Shown: piece by piece, positions 37,606 to 48,765 of the stretch | Position numbering within the stretch: the first letter of the stretch is position 1 | Layout: each line of letters begins with the position of its first letter | DNA from: a virus | Length of the DNA: 64,000 nt | Reading direction: 5' to 3' (one strand) | Virus record (IMG/VR): IMGVR_UViG_3300046820_002568 | Coordinates: 1-64,000 of that record | Notes under the pieces: generated by a model | Told to the model about the DNA's origin: nothing | The model's database searches: none | Seen by the model: the letters and a program-made list of their open reading frames with translations, nothing else | Program-made: the position numbers and the translations under genes

Positions 37606-37833
37606 ATGCCGACTTCAGTGACATTATCATACACTAACTCAACTGCTGAACCATTTGAGGTTTATTTATGTCTTTCAGGTGGTAGCCCATGTTACTACAT
37701 TGATTACATTAATACTGTGGATGTGCCCTATACATTCAGCGCACCAATACCAATTCAAAATGAACCAGGGTATTGTTTAAAGGTCATTGACTCGGTCAAT
37801 TGTGAAATAACAAATTGTTTTACCATAAGTTAA
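37606..37833 (+). CDS. small Cys-rich virion-type protein, paralog of the 53410..53787 N-domain
   Basis: PFEVYLC...CYYI...LKVIDSVNC; TATTTAT 4 nt upstream of ATG 37606. Confidence 0.7.
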   Translation: MPTSVTLSYTNSTAEPFEVYLCLSGGSPCYYIDYINTVDVPYTFSAPIPIQNEPGYCLKVIDSVNCEITNCFTIS

Positions 37834-37834
37834 A

Positions 37835-40800
37835 GTGAGCGCAATAGTTTGGTATAAATTTTCAGGTTGTTGTAATGGAGAAATATTCCAAACACAAGCA
37901 ACTACCCCACCCGCAGGATTTTCAATTAATGGGGTATATTATCTACAAACAGATACATACATAGGCTGCGCATCATTATTATCAACAGGATTCACAACAA
38001 GTGTTAATGTTTATAATTTAGTTAATTATGATTCAACAGATTATGGTGACTCATCTACTTGCCAAGCATATTATCCTTGTATAGATTACCCAACAATAAC
38101 CCCTACTGATACTCCAGCACCAACACCTACACAAACCGCCACAGTAACTAGAACCACAACACCGGCAATAACTCCCGGTCCAAGTAATTCTCAAAGTGCG
38201 ACCGCAACCCCAACAAAAACTCCAACAAGAACTCCTCAATCAACAGTTACCCCAACTCCAACAAGAACTCCATCAAATTGTCCAGATGTTGGGTTGGATA
38301 TTACCTTAATTTCTGGTAATACTTATGTTAGACTAACAAACCTAACAAACGAATTAATTTATATTTTCGATGCCGATAATTTACCTTATTTATATTTTTT
38401 AATACCTTCAGGTACTACAGATATTATATTATCTCGATTCACAACTGGTGTTATCGGTACCAGTCTTTCAAGTACACTATCTAATTGTATAATTTGTAGA
38501 AGTGCCTATACATCGGAAATTTGCGATTGCTCAGAAATAGTAAATGCCAGCCCTGTACCTACATTAACACCAACAAAAACTCCAACACCTACAAATACAC
38601 CAACTAATACTATAACCCCAACAAATTCAATTACGCCAACTATAACCCCAACAAATTCAATTACGCCAACAAAAACAGTTACACCATCTATAACACCAAC
38701 AAAAACAGTTACACCATCTATAACACCAACAAACACCCCAACAACAACCCCACCATTAACACCATTACCAGCAATTTCACCATCTAACAGTTCAACAAAC
38801 ACCCCAACACCAACAAACACCCAAACACCTAGTTCAACTTATTATCAATATTGCCCAACTAGTAGTTTTTGTATTTTTACAAATAATTCAAACTATTCGC
38901 AATACGACGGAACATACTATAACTATACTTCAACAACCTACAACGATAAGGCTGTTTTTTATTGTGCCAGTTGTTCGTCTCCTTCATTTATTTATTATAA
39001 TTCAGGAGACACTAAATGGATATTATCTGATACAATAGGAGGTGGGGCAATTATATTTGGTCCATCAAATAGTTCTAGTTTATGTCCTGATTTTAACTCA
39101 GGATTCTTTAACACTATTTGTCCAACGCCAACTCCAAGTTATAGTGCAGTTTGTCAAACCTTTGATTTTTCAGCAGATTTTAGTTGTTTTATTACAGGTA
39201 CAACTTCAACTCCAACAATCACGCCAACTTCAACTACAACCCCAACACCTAGTATTACTAATGACCAATGTCCATCTAAATTTATTGTAGTATATGGGAC
39301 AACTTTTAACTACAACCCAATAACTCCAACACCATCAATAACCCCTCCAATAACTTATCAAAATTGTATTATCGATGCTAGTACAACATATGATATATTC
39401 CAAGCAAGTTTTGTTAGTAGTTTTAGTAGAATTCTAAGAAATTGTGCGAGTTCTGTTGAATATGTTGTAAATTATCCGATACCTTTTAATACTGGGGCAA
39501 CATTTAACGCAATTATAAATGGATTAGGTGTATGTGTGACTTATATAGGTGACACATTTAGTCCAGGTATTGACTATTTATCATCTCTTCAAAGTGGAAA
39601 CTTATTTAATTGTAGTTTTTGTTCTCCATTAGTTACACCTAGCGCGAGTTTAACTCCATCTATAACTCCAACTATAACTCCTACAATTTCTCTAACACCT
39701 AGTTTAACATCTTGTTTAAATGTTGGTGTCGACTATTCGTTTTTAACAAGTACCGGATTTGATTCTGTGACATATATGCACAGAATTAAAAAACTTTCAG
39801 GTGGAACATATTTAGTTGCTGGAGATTTTACTTCATACAATTCTTTCCCAGCAAAAGGTTTAGTAAAAATATCTTCATCAGGATTCCCAGTTACAAGTTT
39901 CAATACTTCTAATGGATTTTCTTCATCACCATTACAAACATTTTCACCTTCAGATTTTATAGAACAACCAGATGGTAGAATAGTTTGTTGTGGATATTTC
40001 ACAGAATATAGTGGAGTACCACTAAATTATATTTGTAGATTAAATTCTGACGCAACTATTGACTCTACATTTAGTGCTGGTACAGGATTCAGTGGTTTTG
40101 CTTATACTTTAGGTATTCAATCCGATGGTAAAATAATAGTCGGAGGAGGATTTACTTCATATAATGGTATTAACTGTAACAACATTTGTAGACTTAATAC
40201 TGATGGTACATTTGACTATACTTTTAACTCAGGTGGTACAGGTTTTAATAATTTCGTTAGAGGAGTACACATACTTGAAGATGATTCAATTATTGTTGCG
40301 GGTGGTTTTACAGCCTACAATGAAACCACTTGGTATAGATTAATTAAATTAGATTCAGAAGGTAATATAGATATTACTTTTGGTCAACCTTTAGGTTACA
40401 ACGGTAACATAATGGAATTGTTAGTTTCAAGTATCGGAGAGATTTATGTTTCAGGATACTTTACAGAATATAATGGTACCGCAATTCCTTCATACATATC
40501 AAAATTAGATACTTTTGGGGGAATAGATGTTACATTTTTCTCGAACATTGGCTCAGGATTATCAATTGCTTATAGTAATTCAATAGTTGAGGATGTTAAT
40601 GGGGATATTTTATTATTCCCAACTTTAGGTTCTACTTTTAATGGTGTTAACTATAATGGTATTTTGAAAATATCTTCAAGTGGAATTGTTAATGGTCAAA
40701 TTAATGCATATCCTGGTTTTAATGGGAATGTGTCGGATGCTATAATTACAAATGAAAATAAAATAATTTGTATTGGTAATTTTACATCATATAATACTCA

Positions 40801-43800
40801 ATCAAGAAATGGAATTACTGGATTATATCCATGTCAGTCAAATGTTACAACATCGACTCCAACACCATCTCCAACTCAATTGTGCCCATTCGTAACTAAT
40901 ACAATACAATTATCAGGACAACCAAGCTCAATTGTTTTTGACACATTAAATGAATTTATTTATGTTGCATATGATAGTGGAAATTATGTATCAGTTTTAA
41001 ATAAAAATTTTGTAAGTTTATTTAATATAACCACAACTAGTTTTGTAGAGTCAATGTCTTTTGATTCTAATAACAACAAAATTTATATACCAGAATTTTA
41101 CACTGGTATTGTAAATATTTTTAATACATCTACTTTGTCTTTAGAGGCCCCAATTACGACTTATGTAGGGGGTTATCCTACATCGTCAGTGCATGATTCT
41201 AATAATTCATTAGTATGTGTAGTATATTCTGATAATAGTACAATATCATTTATTAATACTTTTTCTCAAACTGTAATTGATACTTTAGTTATACCAAATA
41301 CCAATAGAGGAAAAATTACATTAGACCCAAATAACAATGAGTTATACATAACTAATAGAGGTGGGTCAGCATATACTAATGTGTATGTTGTAAATACTGT
41401 AAATAAAACTTTAGATTATACAATATCTGCAGGTACCGGGAATAATTTAGATATACTATATAATAGTAATAATTCATATGTTTATGTTTTAGATGGTGAC
41501 TCAGGTAAAATCTGGTATATTGATACCTCAACTAAAACAGTACTAGGTTCGGTAAATTTATCATATTCAGGTTCTTTATTCTCTATGATATATGATGTAA
41601 ACAAAAATTACATTTATATCTCATCAAATGATGGTAAAGATATGATTTCTGTTGATTGCTCAACTAATACTCAAGTGGGTACTTTATATAATGCGGCTGA
41701 AGGCGGATATGTTAGTGCTGGAATGGCATATAAACAATCGAATGGTGAAATTTTTTATGGGTCAACATTAAATTCGAACATTAATGTTATGTGTACTAAT
41801 TTTACACCAATACCATCCTCAACTCCAACATCCACACCAACACCAACTCTGACTCAAACACCTTCAATTACACCTTCATCGTCTACACAAATATTATCTT
41901 GTCCATATTTAATCACTTCATTTATTGAATCTCAAAATATTAGGACAATAACCTCTGACTTATATAATAATTATATTTGGATAATCGATAATCAAGGTAA
42001 TCAGATATATTATAACAATTCTTATAACTTGGTTGGTTATGGTTCATTCTCTATTTCAACGGGTGTTACTTCATCCGTTTTTGATAGTCTAAACAATAAG
42101 GTATTTATTGGTGGATATAACAAGATAACAAGTTTCAATGTAACATCTTACCCATTTGGTGTTGGTTCAATAATTAGTTTACCCTCATCTAATATAGTAG
42201 ATTTAGCAGTAAACCAAAACTACTTAGTTGCTGTTGATGATTTATTATCAGGGGTAACAATATTTGACGCATATAGTGAAACACAGATAGGAAGTATAGT
42301 TTTAAATAACATAACTTCTGATAGTAAAGTAGTTTTCGACACTAATTTAAATTCGGCATACATTTGTAATTCAAGTACGGCGGAAATTTTTGTAGTTGCT
42401 CCAAATACTTACACCTTAACCAATACTATTATAATTGGTACATCATTTAATTTAGATTTAGTTTATGTTCCGATATTGGGTTACATTTATGTATTAGAAC
42501 AAAATTACGGATTATGGTATTTTGATTGTTCATCTTTATTAGTATTAGGTAGTATACCTTTGACTTTTACATCATCATTAGATTCTATATCTTACGACCC
42601 TAATAATTATTTGATTTATGTTTCAAGTAATGGTGGCTCTGACTTAATAGTAGTTGATGTTGTTACTAATTCTCAATTAACAACTAAATCTAACATAGGT
42701 TCTTTTACTGGTGGTACAGTAATAAATCATTTTGATACAATTAATAATTCAATATACATTTCAGAATGGAGTAGTTCGACTATTTCAGTTTTATGTACTG
42801 ACACTACAATAATATACCCAACCGTAACTCCGACAACAACTCCAACAACAACTCCAACAACAACTCCAACATCTAGTCAAACTCCAACACCTACTGTTAG
42901 TCAAACTCCAACTATAACACCAACAAAAACAACCACTCCAACTATAACGCCAACAACTTCAATTACTCCAACTATAACCCCCAGTCCAATATGTCCTTTT
43001 GAAGTTGGTTCAATTAATTTATCAGTATTTTCAGGGTTATGTGCAACCACAGGAGCATTAACAGTTTTTGCCGACCAATCAAGTTATGTATACATAACAT
43101 CATTAGATTGTGGTTTGTTTGTTTATAATTCAGGTCAAACACTTGTTTATTCGGCACAATCAGCAAATTATCAAGGAATTAATTCAATATCATATAATTC
43201 ATTAAGTGCTAATACATATTTAGTTAATCAGAGTCAGTCAATAATTGAGGTTTTAGATGTATCATCGTTTAGTTCAGTTACAACTATTTCAACTTCAATA
43301 ACTAATCCTTTTAAATCTTCTTTTGATTCATATAATAATATATTGGTAGTTATTGATGGTATAAATAATGAGATTGAATTCATAGATGATATTTCATACT
43401 CATCTTTAGGGACATCATCCGCTTCTACTTACTATCAAGGTGCTATTGCTTACGATTCTGTAAATTATTTACATTATGTTGTTGGTAGAACAAATGATAC
43501 AATTTCAATTATTAATTCTAATTTACAAGCTGAAGAATATACAATTACAAGTGTTGGTGAAACGGGTCGAAATGTTGACATTTTATACAACCCTGTTAAT
43601 TCAAAAATGTATGTTTTAACTAATGGTAGAAGTGTGAGTGTAATAGATACTACATCTCAATCCGTTAGTACTGTAATATCAATTAGTAGTTACAATGGTG
43701 TTAATCTTTCTATGACATATGATTCAATTCAAGACTACATTTATGTTTCTAATAGAAGTTCTACGGGTAGCTATGGATTCATAACAATAGATTGTTTAAC

Positions 43801-45877
43801 TAATAGTGTAATAGGATTTGACGAAGGATTTTATAATGGTTCAGTTAATTCAATAATAGAATTCGATTCAATTTCAAATAAGATATACTATTTGTATAAT
43901 GGTGTAAGTTCTATAGATATTATTTGTCCTTTCTTTATACCACCTAGTCCGACTCCAACTCCAACAAATACACCAACACCTTCAGTAACTGCAACAATTA
44001 CCCCAACAATGAGTCAAACACCTACTAACACACCAACACCTTCAGTTACCCCATCGATTACTGCAAGTATAACTCCAACTATGACAATGACTCCAAGTCC
44101 ATCTCCTTACGCAGTTTCAGCATTTGTAAGTGTTTGGTCAGGTTCGTCAATAACACTTCCATATATCGCATCTGGAACATATAGTGGAACAATTGATTGG
44201 GGTGATGGTTCAACTTCGGCTAACACATATGCTAATAGAACTAAGACCTACTCAACTAGCGGAATATATACTGTAATAATTAATGGAACCGTTACAGGAT
44301 TCAATTTTGGTACTGTTACAACAAGTAGATTAAATATAAGAGAGATTAAACAATGGGGTAATGTAAGAGGCGCTTCGACAAGTAATTCTACTATGTTCTT
44401 TAATTGTACTAACCTTGTTTTGACTGGGGTTACTGATACTATAAATCTATCAGGTATTACAATGCTCACCTCAATGTTTAGACAATGTTCTTCAATTACT
44501 ACCATAAATAACATTAACAGTTGGAATACTTCAGGTGTTACAAATATGGCATCAATGTTTTACTTGGCAACAGGATTCAATGATAATATTAGCAATTGGG
44601 ATGTTTCAAATGTGACTAATTTTGGAGATACTTTTAGACAGGCAACATCTTTCAATCAACCAATTGGTTCTTGGGATACTTCATCAGCAACCTCATTATT
44701 GAGGACTTTTTATAACGCAACATCATTTAATCAATCTCTTAGTGGATGGAATACTTCAAATGTTACAAATTTACAACAAGCTTTCGCCGGTGCAACTAGT
44801 TTCAATCAACCTATAGGAAATTGGGACACTTCGAGTGTAACCAATATGGATAGTACTTTCTATGTCGCATCCTCATTCAATCAACCATTGAGTGGATGGA
44901 ATACTTCAAATGTTACAGATATTTCTTTCATGTTCTCTCAAAGTAATTTCAATCAAAATATCAACAACTGGGATGTATCAAATGTTACTAATTTCCAATC
45001 GACTTTTAGCTCTAGTCCGTTTAATCAACCTTTAAGTGGGTGGAACACATCTGCAGCAACAAGCTTATATGCAATGTTCTCCGGAACAATTAATTTCAAC
45101 CAACCTATTGGAAACTGGGATACTTCAAATGTTACAAATATGGGTTGGGTGTTCCACACACTAGCATCTAACCACACATTTAATCAGCCTCTTAGCGGAT
45201 GGAACACTTCAAAGGTAACATCATTATATAGAACATTTAAGGGTGTATCAGGATTCAATCAAAATATTGGAAATTGGGATACTTCAAAAGTGACTAATTT
45301 CCAAGAAACATTTACTAATACATCATTTAATAATGGTGGTAGTTCATCTATAAGTGGATGGACAACTTCCGCAGCCACTACAATGTATGGAATGTTCTTA
45401 AATTCAGATTTCAATCAACCTATTGGAAACTGGAATGTTTCAAATGTTACAAATATGAATGGTGTGTTCCAACAAACTCCATTTAATCAATCAATTAGTG
45501 GGTGGGATGTATCTAATGTTACAAACATGGATGCAATATTTGCACTTTCATCGTTCAACCAAAACATTAACAATTGGGATGTTTCAAATGTTACATCTAT
45601 GAATAGTATGTTTGAGGACGCTAACTCATTCAACCAACCGTTAAGTGGATGGAATGTATCTAATGTTACCGATATGACTCAAATGTTGGAAAATACATCA
45701 GTTAGTACAATTAATTATGACAACTTATTAATATCTTGGTCAGGTTTAACATTAACATCAGGCGTTACTTTTGGTGTTAATGGTTTAACATACACCTTGT
45801 CAGGTCAAGGAGGAGCAGCAAGAAGTTACATACAATCGGCATATACTTGGACATTTGTAGGAGATACTGGTATTTAA
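37835..45877 (+). CDS. giant multidomain adhesin-like protein (PT linkers, delta-60 propeller, YVTN-like propellers, PKD-like, DUF285/BspA repeats), 2680 aa
   Basis: T/P repeats; QSDGKIIVGGGFTSYNG; IDWGDG; FNQPIGNWDTSNVTNM repeats. Confidence 0.85.
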   Translation: MSAIVWYKFSGCCNGEIFQTQATTPPAGFSINGVYYLQTDTYIGCASLLSTGFTTSVNVYNLVNYDSTDYGDSSTCQAYYPCIDYPTITPTDTPAPTPTQTATVTRTTTPAITPGPSNSQSATATPTKTPTRTPQSTVTPTPTRTPSNCPDVGLDITLISGNTYVRLTNLTNELIYIFDADNLPYLYFLIPSGTTDIILSRFTTGVIGTSLSSTLSNCIICRSAYTSEICDCSEIVNASPVPTLTPTKTPTPTNTPTNTITPTNSITPTITPTNSITPTKTVTPSITPTKTVTPSITPTNTPTTTPPLTPLPAISPSNSSTNTPTPTNTQTPSSTYYQYCPTSSFCIFTNNSNYSQYDGTYYNYTSTTYNDKAVFYCASCSSPSFIYYNSGDTKWILSDTIGGGAIIFGPSNSSSLCPDFNSGFFNTICPTPTPSYSAVCQTFDFSADFSCFITGTTSTPTITPTSTTTPTPSITNDQCPSKFIVVYGTTFNYNPITPTPSITPPITYQNCIIDASTTYDIFQASFVSSFSRILRNCASSVEYVVNYPIPFNTGATFNAIINGLGVCVTYIGDTFSPGIDYLSSLQSGNLFNCSFCSPLVTPSASLTPSITPTITPTISLTPSLTSCLNVGVDYSFLTSTGFDSVTYMHRIKKLSGGTYLVAGDFTSYNSFPAKGLVKISSSGFPVTSFNTSNGFSSSPLQTFSPSDFIEQPDGRIVCCGYFTEYSGVPLNYICRLNSDATIDSTFSAGTGFSGFAYTLGIQSDGKIIVGGGFTSYNGINCNNICRLNTDGTFDYTFNSGGTGFNNFVRGVHILEDDSIIVAGGFTAYNETTWYRLIKLDSEGNIDITFGQPLGYNGNIMELLVSSIGEIYVSGYFTEYNGTAIPSYISKLDTFGGIDVTFFSNIGSGLSIAYSNSIVEDVNGDILLFPTLGSTFNGVNYNGILKISSSGIVNGQINAYPGFNGNVSDAIITNENKIICIGNFTSYNTQSRNGITGLYPCQSNVTTSTPTPSPTQLCPFVTNTIQLSGQPSSIVFDTLNEFIYVAYDSGNYVSVLNKNFVSLFNITTTSFVESMSFDSNNNKIYIPEFYTGIVNIFNTSTLSLEAPITTYVGGYPTSSVHDSNNSLVCVVYSDNSTISFINTFSQTVIDTLVIPNTNRGKITLDPNNNELYITNRGGSAYTNVYVVNTVNKTLDYTISAGTGNNLDILYNSNNSYVYVLDGDSGKIWYIDTSTKTVLGSVNLSYSGSLFSMIYDVNKNYIYISSNDGKDMISVDCSTNTQVGTLYNAAEGGYVSAGMAYKQSNGEIFYGSTLNSNINVMCTNFTPIPSSTPTSTPTPTLTQTPSITPSSSTQILSCPYLITSFIESQNIRTITSDLYNNYIWIIDNQGNQIYYNNSYNLVGYGSFSISTGVTSSVFDSLNNKVFIGGYNKITSFNVTSYPFGVGSIISLPSSNIVDLAVNQNYLVAVDDLLSGVTIFDAYSETQIGSIVLNNITSDSKVVFDTNLNSAYICNSSTAEIFVVAPNTYTLTNTIIIGTSFNLDLVYVPILGYIYVLEQNYGLWYFDCSSLLVLGSIPLTFTSSLDSISYDPNNYLIYVSSNGGSDLIVVDVVTNSQLTTKSNIGSFTGGTVINHFDTINNSIYISEWSSSTISVLCTDTTIIYPTVTPTTTPTTTPTTTPTSSQTPTPTVSQTPTITPTKTTTPTITPTTSITPTITPSPICPFEVGSINLSVFSGLCATTGALTVFADQSSYVYITSLDCGLFVYNSGQTLVYSAQSANYQGINSISYNSLSANTYLVNQSQSIIEVLDVSSFSSVTTISTSITNPFKSSFDSYNNILVVIDGINNEIEFIDDISYSSLGTSSASTYYQGAIAYDSVNYLHYVVGRTNDTISIINSNLQAEEYTITSVGETGRNVDILYNPVNSKMYVLTNGRSVSVIDTTSQSVSTVISISSYNGVNLSMTYDSIQDYIYVSNRSSTGSYGFITIDCLTNSVIGFDEGFYNGSVNSIIEFDSISNKIYYLYNGVSSIDIICPFFIPPSPTPTPTNTPTPSVTATITPTMSQTPTNTPTPSVTPSITASITPTMTMTPSPSPYAVSAFVSVWSGSSITLPYIASGTYSGTIDWGDGSTSANTYANRTKTYSTSGIYTVIINGTVTGFNFGTVTTSRLNIREIKQWGNVRGASTSNSTMFFNCTNLVLTGVTDTINLSGITMLTSMFRQCSSITTINNINSWNTSGVTNMASMFYLATGFNDNISNWDVSNVTNFGDTFRQATSFNQPIGSWDTSSATSLLRTFYNATSFNQSLSGWNTSNVTNLQQAFAGATSFNQPIGNWDTSSVTNMDSTFYVASSFNQPLSGWNTSNVTDISFMFSQSNFNQNINNWDVSNVTNFQSTFSSSPFNQPLSGWNTSAATSLYAMFSGTINFNQPIGNWDTSNVTNMGWVFHTLASNHTFNQPLSGWNTSKVTSLYRTFKGVSGFNQNIGNWDTSKVTNFQETFTNTSFNNGGSSSISGWTTSAATTMYGMFLNSDFNQPIGNWNVSNVTNMNGVFQQTPFNQSISGWDVSNVTNMDAIFALSSFNQNINNWDVSNVTSMNSMFEDANSFNQPLSGWNVSNVTDMTQMLENTSVSTINYDNLLISWSGLTLTSGVTFGVNGLTYTLSGQGGAARSYIQSAYTWTFVGDTGI
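38609..38732 (+). repeat. two pairs of 30-bp tandem duplications encoding PT linker
   Basis: ACTATAACCCCAACAAATTCAATTACGCCA x2 then ACAAAAACAGTTACACCATCTATAACACCA x2. Confidence 0.8.
44500..45700 (+). repeat. ~16 DUF285-type 24-27 aa coding repeats
   Basis: Recurring FNQ(P/N)(I/L)xxW(D/N)(T/V)SNVT. Confidence 0.85.
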
Positions 45878-45905
45878 TAAAAAACCCCGTTAAAAAACGG
45901 GGTTA
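45878..45905. terminator. terminator between convergent genes
   Basis: AACCCCGTT-AAAA-AACGGGGTT with U tract on the minus strand. Confidence 0.75.
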
Positions 45906-45925
45906 AAATAAAAAAACTAACTGAT

Positions 45926-46516
45926 TTATTTTGAATTTAAGTAGCTCAATACAACAGTATAAGAGTCTGACATATCAAAATTTTCCTTCTTTAAAGTATT
46001 GTTTCTAGTGTACATCCACTGAATTTGTGGTTCTCTTTTTGCAACAAGTTCCCAAACTATTTGTTTCTTATCGCAGTCTTTTGGGTAACCTCCAAACAAT
46101 ACAAATTTACCCTTTTCATTCTTTTGCACAAGCTCTGGGAAAGCTTTCTTTCTTGATTCATATGTTGACACATATTCAGGAACAATCCCAAGTACATCAT
46201 AAACTTCTTTACTAATAAGTGTGTTATATCTCAAAAGAGTTCCAATTGTATATGCGTTATTTGAATTAAGGAGAGGTTCCTCAATAATACATTTAACGAT
46301 TCCAAGACTTTTATATTCTTCAAGCTTCTTTCTAAATAAAGAAGATTTAAGTAACATCTCTTCCAACTTGTTGTCAGGAACAGGTTTTGGTCTTGGGGAT
46401 ATGTGTGTTAATTCAAGAAGGTCCCTTGAGGACATATCAAATAATGCCCATCCTATTGTTTTGGTGGACACATCTAAACCCAAAATCTTGGGCGAATTTT
46501 TAATGCTTTTTGCCAT
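45926..46516 (-). CDS. RuvC-like Holliday junction resolvase
   Basis: ILGLDVSTKTIGWA, IIEEP, DMSDS. Confidence 0.8.
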   Translation of the reverse strand: MAKSIKNSPKILGLDVSTKTIGWALFDMSSRDLLELTHISPRPKPVPDNKLEEMLLKSSLFRKKLEEYKSLGIVKCIIEEPLLNSNNAYTIGTLLRYNTLISKEVYDVLGIVPEYVSTYESRKKAFPELVQKNEKGKFVLFGGYPKDCDKKQIVWELVAKREPQIQWMYTRNNTLKKENFDMSDSYTVVLSYLNSK

Positions 46517-46555
46517 AAGTTAGAAAAAAGTTAATAAAATAATTAACTTTGTAAA

Positions 46556-48736
46556 TTAAAAATCTAACTTCACTGCAACTTGTTGGATTCCTTCTCTTAT
46601 TTGTGGAGACTGAAATTTTGAGAGTACCATAAGATTTTTATCTGAATCGTATAAACCAATTTCTGTCATATACGCATCATAATCTGTTGTCCAAGTCGGG
46701 TTTGAAGAATTGACAAATTGATTATTTGGAAGATTAATTAAATATCTCATTTCATATATAGTTGCCTCGATGTCTGTTTGAATCTCACCATAAAAATAAA
46801 ACTCATCTCCAAAATTAAATTCATTATCGTTTTCTGACACTGGAAGAAACAGGTAATCATTTATGTTATATAAAGGAGCCGAATCATAATTATTATTACT
46901 AATAGTAAAATTAAGTGACTGCATTCCTGTTGGGTCTATAAATCCATTTCCATCAATAAAATTTGCATCTGACAATACGGATGTAAGGTCAATTAATCTC
47001 CACTCGGCAGGATTTGGTCTAGTTCCAGTCACAACTCTTTGAGCTAAAACATAAAATTCTTGAGCACTATATCCAAAAAAGTTACCTTGTGTCATACAAT
47101 CATTACCTGCAAAATCACCTCCAAATGTAACTGTTACATTCATAGAAACTGGAGTATCTCCTGACATACCTGTAATTTTTTGATAATAATTACAATGCAT
47201 TCCTTGCCATGGGCTTCCAAATATATATGTTACCCACAATTGTTCAGTGTCATTGTCTAAAACACCATCAACTCCACCACCACAACTGCCAGGAACAACA
47301 AGTCCTACTCTTGGCGCTGGAAGTGTATAGTTCCTATTTGTAGCATAACTCATAGCCGCAACTATTTCTTCGTCATCAAAAACAATAATTCTATCATCAG
47401 GAAATACTTTACCTACTCTGTTTGGTCTTCCATTAATTGGATTTGGATTCGTATCATATAAATGATAGTATCTTATACCAGGATTATTCATATCTTGGTT
47501 TCTTGTAGATTGTATATAGTGAGGTGTTAATAAATCAAATCCATCAAATCCTGGTGGGTCAATGTAAAAACTTGTTTGGTCACGACAATCAGAATTTTTA
47601 TGCCAAAAAAGTGTGGGTAATGTTATTCTGAAATTTCTTGCCTGTCCTGTCGCACCAGAATTATCAGGGTCATAAGCTTCAGTGGCGAACTTTTCACCAA
47701 AGAAATTTATTATAGTATTATTGGTATAATGTACAATAGCAATGGCCTTTTGGTCCTCAGGGGCAACAATTACTTCCTCACCAAATGAATTATAGTAAGA
47801 AGTCCCTGAAGTATCTGTTTGACCGATGGAAGATTGGTAACCATAATATTCTTTTGTTCCAATATAATTTCTTGAGCCAAATTCAGTATAAGGTAAATTT
47901 TGAGCTGCAAATCCTGCTGGGTCTTCAGTCCAAGGAATATTCATATTCCAAATTTCAACATAACCACTTTCAGGATAACAAACCGATTCAAAATTAATAA
48001 CACTATTTGCCCAATAATTTTCAGGTGTAGGTAAATCAAATCCAATCATATCACCATAATAAAAGTAATATCTAGCCTGATTTTCGTAACCTAAAGAACT
48101 CAAATCAGGGAAAGGTCTATCGACTGTTAAACTTGTACCAGCAAAACTAACTACTCGATATGTTAATATAGGGTGGAATGGGTCATACGCATCACACATA
48201 TCTGTACCATCACCAATCATATATACGGCAACATAAGTTCCGGCTTGGGGTGTGTCAGTTGCGGAGCCATCACATGGACTGCTTATTAAAGTTACACTAG
48301 AACTACTTCCATTAAATGAAGACAAATTAGATACATATTCTGAGTTATAAGTATACTGTCCTGTTTTTCTTGTAATATATTGTGTATCTCCTGTATTAAA
48401 AAATCCAGATAAAGTTGCCGTATTATAAACTTCAGCAACAGATGAGGCTTGATATGGAATTCCATAAGTAACCCCTGAGGTACCTTGTAAATAATAAGGA
48501 TATTTTACATTATTTTTTGTTGATTGTGGAATACCGACATTATTTTGAGCATTATAGGCCGGTTCAAGTACCATAGCCTCTGCTTGGTCATAATCAGTTA
48601 TTGCACTGTAATTAATTTCACTATCCCCTACTTGAAAGTAGCTAATATTAAAATTTCCTTGTGAAATTTTTCTTCTCCCTACATCAGTTAGTCTTGTTAT
48701 TACTAACCCTTGTGTGTCTTTAATAATGTATCCCAT
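46556..48736 (-). CDS. virion structural protein (tail/baseplate-associated)
   Basis: N-terminal LTDVGRRKI...FQVGDSEI and C-terminal TEIGLYD...SK; TATTTATA at 48743-48750. Confidence 0.65.
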   Translation of the reverse strand: MGYIIKDTQGLVITRLTDVGRRKISQGNFNISYFQVGDSEINYSAITDYDQAEAMVLEPAYNAQNNVGIPQSTKNNVKYPYYLQGTSGVTYGIPYQASSVAEVYNTATLSGFFNTGDTQYITRKTGQYTYNSEYVSNLSSFNGSSSSVTLISSPCDGSATDTPQAGTYVAVYMIGDGTDMCDAYDPFHPILTYRVVSFAGTSLTVDRPFPDLSSLGYENQARYYFYYGDMIGFDLPTPENYWANSVINFESVCYPESGYVEIWNMNIPWTEDPAGFAAQNLPYTEFGSRNYIGTKEYYGYQSSIGQTDTSGTSYYNSFGEEVIVAPEDQKAIAIVHYTNNTIINFFGEKFATEAYDPDNSGATGQARNFRITLPTLFWHKNSDCRDQTSFYIDPPGFDGFDLLTPHYIQSTRNQDMNNPGIRYYHLYDTNPNPINGRPNRVGKVFPDDRIIVFDDEEIVAAMSYATNRNYTLPAPRVGLVVPGSCGGGVDGVLDNDTEQLWVTYIFGSPWQGMHCNYYQKITGMSGDTPVSMNVTVTFGGDFAGNDCMTQGNFFGYSAQEFYVLAQRVVTGTRPNPAEWRLIDLTSVLSDANFIDGNGFIDPTGMQSLNFTISNNNYDSAPLYNINDYLFLPVSENDNEFNFGDEFYFYGEIQTDIEATIYEMRYLINLPNNQFVNSSNPTWTTDYDAYMTEIGLYDSDKNLMVLSKFQSPQIREGIQQVAVKLDF

Positions 48737-48765
48737 GTGTTATATAAATACTCAATTTTTAAATA

